A DNA stretch of 32,000 nucleotides, from the NCBI RefSeq assembly GCF_014641075.1, contig NZ_BMHP01000001.1, forward strand, positions 1,820,171 to 1,852,170, in the 5' to 3' direction. The notes under the pieces are model-generated. The model was not told where the DNA came from and made no database searches. It was given only the letters and a program-made list of their open reading frames with translations. The stretch comes from Paenibacillus nasutitermitis (lineage in GTDB: Bacteria > Bacillota > Bacilli > Paenibacillales > Paenibacillaceae). Positions 16,876 through 25,074 of this stretch are shown here, one piece after another. Each line of letters begins with the position of its first letter. The first letter of the stretch is position 1. The translations under genes were made by a program, and so were the position numbers.

Positions 16876-16930
16876 CTACAGACAAACTACAGGTTGGCTA
16901 CAGGGAAAATACAGATTGCTTTGCAATAAT
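16876..16930 (+). promoter_or_regulatory. Candidate resistance-operon promoter with four 11-bp-phased (C)TACAG repeats (putative VanR boxes)
   Basis: CTACAG at 16876, 16887 and 16898, and aTACAG at 16909. Then 7 nt and TGC-AATAAT (16922-16930). The distal pair CTACAGaCAAACTACAG differs by 1 nt from CTACAGtCAAACTACAG at 14194-14210. Confidence 0.65.
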
Positions 16931-16987
16931 ATCAGCATGACAACACGCAAATACCTGTTTTATGCCATATGAAGGAGGACTACTATA

Positions 16988-18025
16988 GTGAAAATGAAAA
17001 AGCTAATCGCACTCGTTTTAGCGCTTTTTCTCGTGCTTTTCCTCGCTGCTTGCAACAGCAGCACGACCACGCCGCCCTCGTCGGCAGCAGCCATTTCGCC
17101 GACGAACACAGAACTGCCTGCTAATTCGCTACAAGGAGATGCAGGTTCCACCCACACAGAGGACATTGAAAACATTTCGGTAGATATTATGGCAACAAAC
17201 GCCTATGTACTAAATGTTGATACCAATTCTGTTCTCTATCAGAAAAACAGCGATAAGCATATAGCTCCGGCAAGCACAGCCAAAATGCTTACAGCTTTAA
17301 CAGCCTTAGATTATTGCTCCCTTGATGATACGATTACAGTTGGCTCGGAGATAGACCTGATTGCCTCTGATTCTTCCAGAGCATGGCTTAGTAATGGGGA
17401 TACGATGACGGTCAGACAACTTTTAGTCGCTTTGTTGCTTCCCTCCGGCAATGACGCTGCGTACACACTTGCTGTTAATGCGGGGAAAAGGATAGCCGGT
17501 GAAGATGGCCTTGGAGCGCAGCAGGCTGTTAAAGTGTTTGTCGATGCGATGAATCAAAAAGCAAAAAAAGTTGGAGCAACTTCTTCCAATTTTATAGCCC
17601 CTGACGGCTACGATGCGGACGGGCAGTACACAACCGCTTTTGACCTTGCGCAGATAGCAAAAGTGTGTTTAGGCAATAATGCTCTGTCTGAAATTATGGG
17701 CAGTTACAAGATATATGATACATGGATGAATGGGCGGGAAGTTACTTATCGCAATACTAACGAGTTGATAAACCCTGATAGCCAATACTATTATTCCAAT
17801 GCTATCGGACTTAAAACCGGCACTACCGGGGATGCTGGTTCCTGCCTTGTTTCAGCGGCTGACATAAATGGACAAACATATATTTGTGTTGTCATGGGTT
17901 CCTCTGCGGGTATCAGATTTTCGGACTGCCTAACTGTTTTTAGTGCAATAGACCCGACAATATCCCTGCCCCAAGAAAACAATGCTACCCCTTCTGCTGC
18001 TCCCAGCGGACTGAGGAGGCGTTGA
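16988..18025 (+). CDS. Serine-type D-Ala-D-Ala carboxypeptidase (peptidase S11, low-MW PBP) lipoprotein in the vanY position
   Basis: RBS GAAGGAGG 9 nt before GTG 16988. Lipobox LFLAAC. Active-site triad of motifs SxxK (ASTAKML), SxN (PSGND) and KTG (LKTGTT). Confidence 0.85.
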   Translation: MKMKKLIALVLALFLVLFLAACNSSTTTPPSSAAAISPTNTELPANSLQGDAGSTHTEDIENISVDIMATNAYVLNVDTNSVLYQKNSDKHIAPASTAKMLTALTALDYCSLDDTITVGSEIDLIASDSSRAWLSNGDTMTVRQLLVALLLPSGNDAAYTLAVNAGKRIAGEDGLGAQQAVKVFVDAMNQKAKKVGATSSNFIAPDGYDADGQYTTAFDLAQIAKVCLGNNALSEIMGSYKIYDTWMNGREVTYRNTNELINPDSQYYYSNAIGLKTGTTGDAGSCLVSAADINGQTYICVVMGSSAGIRFSDCLTVFSAIDPTISLPQENNATPSAAPSGLRRR

Positions 18026-18063
18026 ATGGTGACTTTTAATGAAATGGAAAGACTGGTGTAACT

Positions 18064-18891
18064 ATGAGAAGAAAAAGACTAACGCAATTATTTCCATTCC
18101 TGCTACCGGTCAGGGTAATGCAACGGAAGATGTGTTTTTATACCGGTATGCGGCTTGATGGCCTTCGCTATGCGGGAACCATTGACGAGTCGCAGCTTCC
18201 TTACAAGATCTTTGAAGCGGGCTGCGCATTATACAATAGCAATACCGGCTTCGATATGATGTATCAGGAAAATAAAGTGTTTAACCTGAAGCTGGCGGCA
18301 AAGACACTGAGCGGTCTTTTGATAAGACCGGGTGAAACCTTTTCCTTTTGGCGGCTAGTTCGCCATGCGGATAAGCATATTCCCTATAAAGACGGTCTTA
18401 CAGTGGTAAATGGAAAACTCACCACCATGTCTGGTGGCGGTATGTGTCAAATGAGCAATCTGCTGTTTTGGATGTTCCTGCACACGCCGCTGATGGTCAC
18501 CGAGCGGAGCGGCCACAATGTCAAGGAGTTTCCCGAACCAAACAGTGACGAGATCAAAGGGGTGGACGCAACAATCTCCGAGGGATGGATTGACTTAAAG
18601 GCGCGAAACGATACCGATTGCACCTATCAAATTTCAGTGGCGTTCGATAATGAAAACATCATAGGAACTGTGTTCGTAGACAAACGACCCCAAGTGCTGT
18701 ACAAAGTCACAAACGGCAGCACCGAGTATTTCCGCGAAAGCGGCGAGATTTATGAATACGTCAAGGTTGAGAGAGCGGAAATTAACGCGGACACCAGTGA
18801 AATAACAGGGCAAAAGCTGCTCTACACCAACAAATGTAAAATCTGCTACCCTCTGCTGGATAACGCAGAAATCAAGGAGGCGAAAAATTGA
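18064..18891 (+). CDS. vanW: VanW-family protein
   Basis: At 275 aa it is the same length as VanW of the vanB operon. Long recalled matches (KRLTQ.FPFLLP, FDM.YQENKVFNLKLAAKTL.GLLIRP.ETFSFWRLVRHAD, GKLTTMSGGGMCQMSNLLFW, EFPEPNSDEIKGVDATISEGWIDLK). Confidence 0.85.
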   Translation: MRRKRLTQLFPFLLPVRVMQRKMCFYTGMRLDGLRYAGTIDESQLPYKIFEAGCALYNSNTGFDMMYQENKVFNLKLAAKTLSGLLIRPGETFSFWRLVRHADKHIPYKDGLTVVNGKLTTMSGGGMCQMSNLLFWMFLHTPLMVTERSGHNVKEFPEPNSDEIKGVDATISEGWIDLKARNDTDCTYQISVAFDNENIIGTVFVDKRPQVLYKVTNGSTEYFRESGEIYEYVKVERAEINADTSEITGQKLLYTNKCKICYPLLDNAEIKEAKN

Positions 18892-19859
18892 TGAACAACA
18901 TTGGAATTACCGTTTATGGTTGCGAGCAAGATGAGGCGGATGTGTTCCGCAGACTGTCACCTCGCTTTGGCGTCATGCCTACTATTATTAGCGACGCCGT
19001 ATCAGAAACCAATGCTATATCAGCCCCCTGCAATCAATGTATCAGTGTGAGCCACAAATCTGTGGTTTCCGCCTCTATTCTTCTTGCGCTGAAGAGAGCC
19101 GGCGTGAAATATATCTCTACCCGAAGCATCGGCTGCAATCATATCGATACAACTGCTGCTAAGAGAATGGTTATCGCTATCGGCAATGTGACGTATTCGC
19201 CGAATAGCGTTGCTGATTTTACCCTAATGCTGATGCTTATGGCGATACGCAACGCGAAGTCCATTGTACGCTCTGTGGAAAAACATGATTTCAGGCTGGA
19301 TAGCGTCCGCGGCAAGGTACTGCGCGACATGACAGTCGGCGTGCTGGGAACTGGTCAAATAGGCCAAGCGGTTATTGAGCGGCTGCGGGCATTTGGATGT
19401 CGTGTGCTGGCTTATGATCGCGGCCAGAAAATAACGGCAGACTATGTTCCGCTTGACGAGTTGCTGCGAAACAGCGATATTGTTACGCTTCATGTGCCGC
19501 TGGGTGCGGATACGCATCATATCATCGGTCACGAACAAATAAGGGGAATGAAGCAAGGCGCGTTTATTATCAATACAGGACGTGGAGCGCTTATAGATAC
19601 CGATGCGCTTATTAAAGCATTGGAAAACGGAAAACTGGGCGGGGCCGCATTGGATGTATTGGAGGGAGAGGAAGGGCTATTCTACTTTGATTGCACACAA
19701 AAATCAATTGATAATCCATTTTTACTGAAACTTCAAAGGATGCCGAACGTGATCATCACGCCGCATACGGCTTATTATACCGAACAGGCGTTGAGTGATA
19801 CCGTTGAAAATACAATTAAAAACTGTTTGGACTTTGAAAGGAGCCTAGCGCATGGATAA
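18891..19859 (+). CDS. vanH: D-lactate (D-2-hydroxyacid) dehydrogenase VanH
   Basis: RBS AAGGAGG, with ATG 18891 overlapping the vanW stop. NAD fold GVLGTGQIGQAV, catalytic region TGRGALID...PHTAYYT. Strong recalled similarity to VanH-B. Confidence 0.9.
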   Translation: MNNIGITVYGCEQDEADVFRRLSPRFGVMPTIISDAVSETNAISAPCNQCISVSHKSVVSASILLALKRAGVKYISTRSIGCNHIDTTAAKRMVIAIGNVTYSPNSVADFTLMLMLMAIRNAKSIVRSVEKHDFRLDSVRGKVLRDMTVGVLGTGQIGQAVIERLRAFGCRVLAYDRGQKITADYVPLDELLRNSDIVTLHVPLGADTHHIIGHEQIRGMKQGAFIINTGRGALIDTDALIKALENGKLGGAALDVLEGEEGLFYFDCTQKSIDNPFLLKLQRMPNVIITPHTAYYTEQALSDTVENTIKNCLDFERSLAHG

Positions 19860-20883
19860 AGTAAAAGTTGCAATCCTGTTTGGCGGTTGTTCGGAGGAGC
19901 ATGATGTGTCGGTCAAATCCGCAATGGAGATCGCCGCTAACCTGGACACCGAAAAATACGAGCCGTTATACATCGGCATTACGAAATTCGGTGTTTGGAA
20001 AATGTGCGAAAAACCTGGCCCGGAATGGGAAAACGGCAATGGCTGTTCAGCCGTGCTCTCTCCGGATAAAAAAACGCACGGATTGCTTGTTCTAAAAAAC
20101 AATTCATATGAAATCCACCATGTTGATGTCGCATTTCCGGTTTTGCACGGCAAGTCGGGTGAAGATGGAGCGATACAAGGTCTGTTTGAATTGTCCGGTA
20201 TCCCCTATGTGGGCTGCGATATTCAAAGCTCCGCGATTTGTATGGACAAGTCGCTGGCCTACATCATGGCGAAAAACGCCGGCATCGCGACTCCCGAATT
20301 TTGGGTTATCCATGAAGACGACAGGGCAGCAACAGATGCGTTTACCTATCCTGTTTTTGTTAAGCCGGCGCGTTCAGGTTCATCCTTTGGCGTGACAAAA
20401 GTGGGTGGTGCGGACGAATTGGAGGCCGCGATTGAAGCGGCCAGTCAATATGATAGCAAAATCTTAATCGAGCAGGCTGTTGTCGGCTGTGAGGTCGGTT
20501 GTGCCGTGATGGGCAACCGTTCCGAGTTGATTGCCGGCGAGGTGGACCAAATTAGGCTAACGCACGGTCTCTTTCGCATTCATCAGGAGGCCGAGCCGGA
20601 AAAAGGCTCCGAAAACGCGGTTATAACCGTTCCCGCACACCTTTCGGCAGAGGAGCGAGGACGGATACGGGAGTTTGCAAAACAAATCTATAAGGCGCTC
20701 GGCTGTAGAGGTCTTTCCCGCATTGATATTTTTTTACAAGATAACGGCCGCATCGTGCTTAACGAAGTCAATACGTTGCCCGGGTTCACGTCATACAGCC
20801 GTTATCCCCGGATGATGGCAGCTGCAGGCATAACGCTTCCCGAACTGATTGACCGCCTGATCGTACTCGCGTTAAAGGGGTGA
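19852..20883 (+). CDS. D-alanine--D-lactate ligase (VanA/VanB/VanF clade)
   Basis: 8-nt overlap with vanH. Blocks KVAILFGGCSEEHDVSVKSA, GEDGAIQGLFELSGIPYVGCDIQSSAICMDKS, FRIHQE.EPEKGSENA, LNEVNTLPGFTSYSRYPRMMAAAGI.LPELIDRLIVLALKG. The His in FRIHQE corresponds to VanA His244, associated with D-Lac specificity. Confidence 0.92.
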   Translation: MDKVKVAILFGGCSEEHDVSVKSAMEIAANLDTEKYEPLYIGITKFGVWKMCEKPGPEWENGNGCSAVLSPDKKTHGLLVLKNNSYEIHHVDVAFPVLHGKSGEDGAIQGLFELSGIPYVGCDIQSSAICMDKSLAYIMAKNAGIATPEFWVIHEDDRAATDAFTYPVFVKPARSGSSFGVTKVGGADELEAAIEAASQYDSKILIEQAVVGCEVGCAVMGNRSELIAGEVDQIRLTHGLFRIHQEAEPEKGSENAVITVPAHLSAEERGRIREFAKQIYKALGCRGLSRIDIFLQDNGRIVLNEVNTLPGFTSYSRYPRMMAAAGITLPELIDRLIVLALKG

Positions 20884-20888
20884 TAAGC

Positions 20889-21497
20889 ATGGAAAAGGGA
20901 TTTGTATTTGTAGATGAAATATTGCACGGTGTTCGCTGGGACGCCAAATATGCGACATGGGACAATTTCACGGGAAAACCAGTAGACGGATATGAGGTCA
21001 ATCGCATAGTGGGAACACTTGCCTTAGCCCTTGCGCTGTTGGAGGCGCAGAAGCAAGCGGAGGCTCTTGGGTACGGTTTGCTGTTATTGGACGGGTATCG
21101 GCCCAAACGTGCGGTAGATTGCTTCCTGCATTGGTCCGAACAACCGGAAGACAACCTCACAAAAGAAAGATACTATCCGAATATCGAGCGAACCGAGATG
21201 TTTGCAAAGGGATATATAGCGTCACAATCAAGTCATAGTCGCGGAAGTGCTATTGATCTTACGCTTTACCACTTAGATACGGGTGAGCTTGTTTCCATGG
21301 GAGGAAGCTTCGATTTTATGGATGAGCGTTCACACCATGGGGCAAAAGGGATTGCAAGCATGGAAGCGCAAAATCGCAGACTTTTGCGTTCCATCATGGA
21401 AAACAGTGGGTTCGAACCATATAGCTTCGAATGGTGGCACTATGTATTAAGAGACGAACCATACCCCAATAGCTATTTTGATTTCCCTGTTTTATAG
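20889..21497 (+). CDS. vanX: D-Ala-D-Ala dipeptidase VanX
   Basis: RBS AAGGGG. HGVRWDAKYATWDNFTGKPVDGYEVNRIVGT, Zn-site region SSHSRGSAIDLT and EWWHY. Confidence 0.92.
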   Translation: MEKGFVFVDEILHGVRWDAKYATWDNFTGKPVDGYEVNRIVGTLALALALLEAQKQAEALGYGLLLLDGYRPKRAVDCFLHWSEQPEDNLTKERYYPNIERTEMFAKGYIASQSSHSRGSAIDLTLYHLDTGELVSMGGSFDFMDERSHHGAKGIASMEAQNRRLLRSIMENSGFEPYSFEWWHYVLRDEPYPNSYFDFPVL

Positions 21498-21621
21498 CGA
21501 ATACTCCTGATTTTCTAAATATGCTTGTTCATGTTCAGCACAATGCCGCCCGCCAAATTCGTACCAATGGCTGTCAGAGAGTAGAATTATCGATATTAGC
21601 TGCGGGACGGAGAGATAGGCC

Positions 21622-22311
21622 ATGAACTTGCAAAAGAAAAATTACGAAATCATTACGGACGAGCTCCGGCGCATCATCGAAGCGGGACTGATCAAGCCGA
21701 ACGAGAAGCTCGCTACGATTGATCAATTGGCGGCGCAGTACCGCGTCGGACGGTCGACGGTGCGCGAGGCGCTCAGCCATCTGAAGGCGCTCGGTCTCGT
21801 CGAATCGCGGCAAGGCGGCGGCACCTACGTCAAGAAGCCAGGGCTCGAGCCGCAGGCGGTGCTGGAATCGCTGCAGACGTCGAACGCCGAACTGTCGCAG
21901 CTGCTTCAGGTGCGCAAGATCCTTGAGGTCGGCGCGGCGGAGCTTGCAGCCAAACACCGCATCGCCGAAGACGTCGAAGAGCTCGGCAAAATCATCGGAC
22001 AAATGCGGGACGCCGTCGGCAACGAGGAGATCAGCCAGATCTACGATACGAACTTTCACCTCGCTATCGCTAGGGCATCCGGCAACGCGATTCTGGAAAC
22101 GATCATGACGCACATTTCTGCGGCGATGTTCCGCACCGTTAAGGATAGCCGCAGACTGTGGCTCTATAGCGGGAAGGATGCGGCCGGCAAGCTGTTCGAG
22201 GAGCACAAGAAGCTGTTCGAAGCGATCCGCGACGGAGATTCGAAGACGGCGGTCTCGACGATGGCGAAGCATATCGCTCAAGTCGAGAACGCTCTGCAGT
22301 CGGTTAAATGA
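21622..22311 (+). CDS. GntR-family (FadR/FCD subfamily) transcriptional regulator
   Basis: N-terminal wHTH (LATIDQLAAQYRVGRSTVREALSHLKALGLVESRQGGGTYV) and an all-helical FCD-type C-terminal domain. Confidence 0.85.
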   Translation: MNLQKKNYEIITDELRRIIEAGLIKPNEKLATIDQLAAQYRVGRSTVREALSHLKALGLVESRQGGGTYVKKPGLEPQAVLESLQTSNAELSQLLQVRKILEVGAAELAAKHRIAEDVEELGKIIGQMRDAVGNEEISQIYDTNFHLAIARASGNAILETIMTHISAAMFRTVKDSRRLWLYSGKDAAGKLFEEHKKLFEAIRDGDSKTAVSTMAKHIAQVENALQSVK

Positions 22312-22523
22312 ATGGATAAACGCCTACTTGCTGCAGACGCGTCTGCTCTTAGCAAAAATCTCGATGAGAAACAAAAAAATCAAGTTTTAAGACAAATTAT
22401 TATGGAAGGTCGCCATTACGGCGTACTAATTCCGAATTGCAATTTCAGTTGAAGGCAACTAAAAATGGAAAACGGCAAAACTGTCGAAAGGCAGTGACGC
22501 AATGCCTCGGATCTTCTCACTGT

Positions 22524-22739
22524 TCAAGTGATGACCGCCGGGTTATCCGAGGCAGAATGTTCCATTCCCGACAGCACTATTTCCACGATCCGCTCCGGTA
22601 GCGATTTATCAAGCGATTCTCCCCAAAAAACGGCACGCATATAAAGAACCCCGATGAGAGATTCCAATATCAACCGATGGTACGTGGAAAAAACCTGAAA
22701 ATGATCCTTGCTCTCATTGTCTCGTTTGTTAGTCCTTAT
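22524..22739 (-). pseudogene. Possible C-terminal remnant of a TetR-family regulator (no start codon, no HTH)
   Basis: Hand translation of the minus strand gives ...HFQVFSTYHRLILESLIGVLYMRAVFWGESLDKSLPERIVEIVLSGMEHSASDNPAVIT*, helical and TetR C-domain-like. It is bounded upstream by an in-frame TAA. Confidence 0.3.
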
Positions 22740-22986
22740 TTACTTGAGTGTTGCAAAAATCTTGTTGTCGACAAAATCGAGGTAATGCCAGGATTTTAGA
22801 AGCTTCGTCGAATGACTTAATAGAAAGAGGACATCCGACTTTAATGGAGAAAATGTCGAGCCATTTTTTTGAGAATCAAAAGTGGCATATCCTTCAAATA
22901 ACAAATTGTGGTATCGGAACAGGCGGATAACCTTTATAATCTATTTAAGCCGAATGGCATGATTCGAATATAAGTTAGGAGAGTGA

Positions 22987-24027
22987 ATGGAAATGGTTGA
23001 AAACAAAAAGCTTCGTGGAGCTGTAATCGGTTACGGTGGCGCTTTCAATATGGGCAAACATCACGGGATTCAAATGATGAATGCGGGAATTGATTTTGTC
23101 GCGGCGTGCGATATGGATGCCGATAGAATGGAACAAGCCAAAGCGGATTTTCCGGGTATCCGGACTTATCTCAGCGTTGATGATTTGCTTCGTGAGCCCG
23201 ATATCGACCTTGTTACAGTCATTACTCCTCATAATACACATGCTCCGCTCGCCGAGCAGATCATTAACAGCGGCAAACACTGCATCTTGGAGAAACCGAT
23301 GTGCATAAAGGCGCAGGATGCTGATCGTCTTGTCCATCTGGCGCAGCAAAAGGGCGTGATGCTCTCCGTATTCCACAACCGCCGGTGGGATGGCTGGTAT
23401 CTGACGGTTAAGGACTTGATCGACAAAGATATCCTCGGTGATATTTTTCAAGTGGAAATGTATATGGGCGGATACGACAAACCCGGACCATGGTGGCGTT
23501 CGATCAAAGAAGTATCCGGCGGCGTCTTCTACGACTGGGGCGCGCATTATATCGATTACCTGCTTGGCATCGTTCCTGGCAAAATCAAGTCGGTCCGCGG
23601 ATATGTTCATAACCGGGTCTGGCATGAGATAACCAATGAAGACCATATCGACAGCCATATCGAGTTTGAAAGCGGCGCGGTCGCCCATATCGAAATCTCA
23701 ACCATTGCCTATGCGGGAAAAGCAGCCATGCGCATCCTCGGAACAAAAGGCGCAGTCGTAGACACGAGCTTGTGGGATGGCAAAATAACTTTATTCACTG
23801 ACATCAATGGCGTTAAAGTGGAGTCGGACATCAATTGCATGAAAGACAGCCATGATGCCTATTATCAAAATATCGCAGCTCATTTGTACAGAGGCGAGGA
23901 ACTGATTGTCAAGCCGGAGGAAGCGCGGCGGATTATCGCAATTCTAGAAACAACGGAGCATTCCGCAGCTGCAGGCAGGGAATTGGAGCTTCCTTATGAG
24001 AACATAGATGTCCTGAAGGCCAATTAA
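22987..24027 (+). CDS. Gfo/Idh/MocA-family NAD(P)-dependent oxidoreductase
   Basis: N-terminal Rossmann region (LRGAVIGYGGAFNMGKHH), EKP motif (CILEKPMC), and a C-terminal alpha/beta domain. Confidence 0.85.
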   Translation: MEMVENKKLRGAVIGYGGAFNMGKHHGIQMMNAGIDFVAACDMDADRMEQAKADFPGIRTYLSVDDLLREPDIDLVTVITPHNTHAPLAEQIINSGKHCILEKPMCIKAQDADRLVHLAQQKGVMLSVFHNRRWDGWYLTVKDLIDKDILGDIFQVEMYMGGYDKPGPWWRSIKEVSGGVFYDWGAHYIDYLLGIVPGKIKSVRGYVHNRVWHEITNEDHIDSHIEFESGAVAHIEISTIAYAGKAAMRILGTKGAVVDTSLWDGKITLFTDINGVKVESDINCMKDSHDAYYQNIAAHLYRGEELIVKPEEARRIIAILETTEHSAAAGRELELPYENIDVLKAN

Positions 24028-24151
24028 TGTATTGTACGGGACAATCTTGCAAGCTGAAGCATAAATTCGGGTGAATTTCCGTGATTGATTGCTCTGGTCA
24101 GCTGAAATCATTGCTTTTCATAATTCATGTTAAAGGAAGTGCATATCTACA

Positions 24152-25027
24152 ATGGTACAAGTAGAATTGGTTCTGGATGCAAAAGCAACGCTCGGCGAGG
24201 GTCCCAGTTGGGATGCGGACAAAGGTATGCTCTACTGGGTGGATATTCTGGAGTCCCGTGTTCATTCTTTTCACCCGGGGGAAGGTACAAACCATACGTA
24301 TGATATCGGTCAATATGCAGGGGCAGTCGTTCCTGACCGCAAGAACGGCTTTGTCCTTGCGGCGATAAATGGTTTTTTTCGGTACAATCCCGAAGGCAAC
24401 CAGCTTGAACCGATCTCAGACCCGGAAGCGGGAATGCCAGATAACCGGTTTAACGATGGCAAATGCGATGCCAAAGGGAGATTCTGGGCAGGCACAATGG
24501 GGATGATGGATCAAAATGCGGCAGGCGCTCTCTATCGCCTGGACCCGGATCTCAAAGTGGAGCAGAAAATGACAGGTATCACATGCTCAAACGGCATCAC
24601 TTGGAGTCCGGATCATACGAAGATGTATTATATCGATTCACCGACCAGGAAAGTCATGGAGTATGAATTTGACCTGATTACCGGGGAGCTGGGAGCAAGC
24701 CGCATTGCCGTTGAGATTCCCGAAGGTGAAGGAGTGCCGGATGGGATGACGAGCGATGTGGAAGGCATGATTTGGGTCGCTCAGTGGGACGGTTACTGTG
24801 TGTCGCGTTATAATCCGCATACCGGAGAACGCCTGCTGAAGGTGGATATTCCCGCGTCCCGAGTGACGTCCTGCGTTTTTGGCGGCGAAAATATGGACGA
24901 ATTGTACATAACTAGCGCAAGAACAGGCTTATCTGAAGAAGAGCTGCAGCGGTATCCTTTGTCAGGCGGAATTTTCAAGCTGCGGCCGGGCGTCCAGGGA
25001 CTCCCCAGCTACCCGTTTGGAGGGTAA
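24152..25027 (+). CDS. SMP-30/gluconolactonase/LRE-family protein
   Basis: LGEGPSWD...LYWVDI, RFNDGKCD, SNGITWSPD, PDGMTSD. These are typical six-bladed propeller lactonase motifs. Confidence 0.85.
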   Translation: MVQVELVLDAKATLGEGPSWDADKGMLYWVDILESRVHSFHPGEGTNHTYDIGQYAGAVVPDRKNGFVLAAINGFFRYNPEGNQLEPISDPEAGMPDNRFNDGKCDAKGRFWAGTMGMMDQNAAGALYRLDPDLKVEQKMTGITCSNGITWSPDHTKMYYIDSPTRKVMEYEFDLITGELGASRIAVEIPEGEGVPDGMTSDVEGMIWVAQWDGYCVSRYNPHTGERLLKVDIPASRVTSCVFGGENMDELYITSARTGLSEEELQRYPLSGGIFKLRPGVQGLPSYPFGG

Positions 25028-25046
25028 TTTTTTTTATATACCCGAG

Positions 25047-25074
25047 ACTGCACCATAGCGGTGCAGTTTTTTTT
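25047..25074 (+). terminator. Rho-independent terminator
   Basis: ACTGCACC / GGTGCAGT 8-bp stem, 5-nt loop, T8. Confidence 0.8.

Noticed and set aside
21498-21621. Right-hand boundary of the van segment, searched for a terminator, att-like repeat or gene remnant
   Set aside because: There is only a short GTTCATGTTCA direct repeat and a TATCGATA palindrome. An apparent minus-strand reading across this region came from my own mis-parsing and stops at TGA (21574-21576).
21574-22281. 235-aa ORF on the minus strand covering the GntR regulator gene
   Set aside because: It is a shadow ORF of a GC-rich gene. It is Arg/Leu-rich and low-complexity, with no motifs, whereas the plus-strand frame has a clear GntR wHTH and FCD domain.
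22333-22346. Perfect 14-bp palindrome GCAGACGCGTCTGC just after the GntR gene stop, as a terminator or operator
   Set aside because: No T-tract follows it, and a zero-length loop makes it a poor terminator. It does not match the FadR/LldR-type TGGT-N-ACCA operators, so no function can be assigned.
22975-23688. 237-aa minus-strand ORF over the Gfo/Idh/MocA gene. The same applies to minus-strand ORFs 28867-29616 and 29328-29639 over the P-type ATPase, 2744-3238 and 3248-3826 over ATPase 1 and the MFP, 15540-16022 over vanS, and 6745-7140 over the permease
   Set aside because: These are antisense or shadow ORFs with no recognisable motifs. The opposite-strand frames carry unambiguous family signatures.
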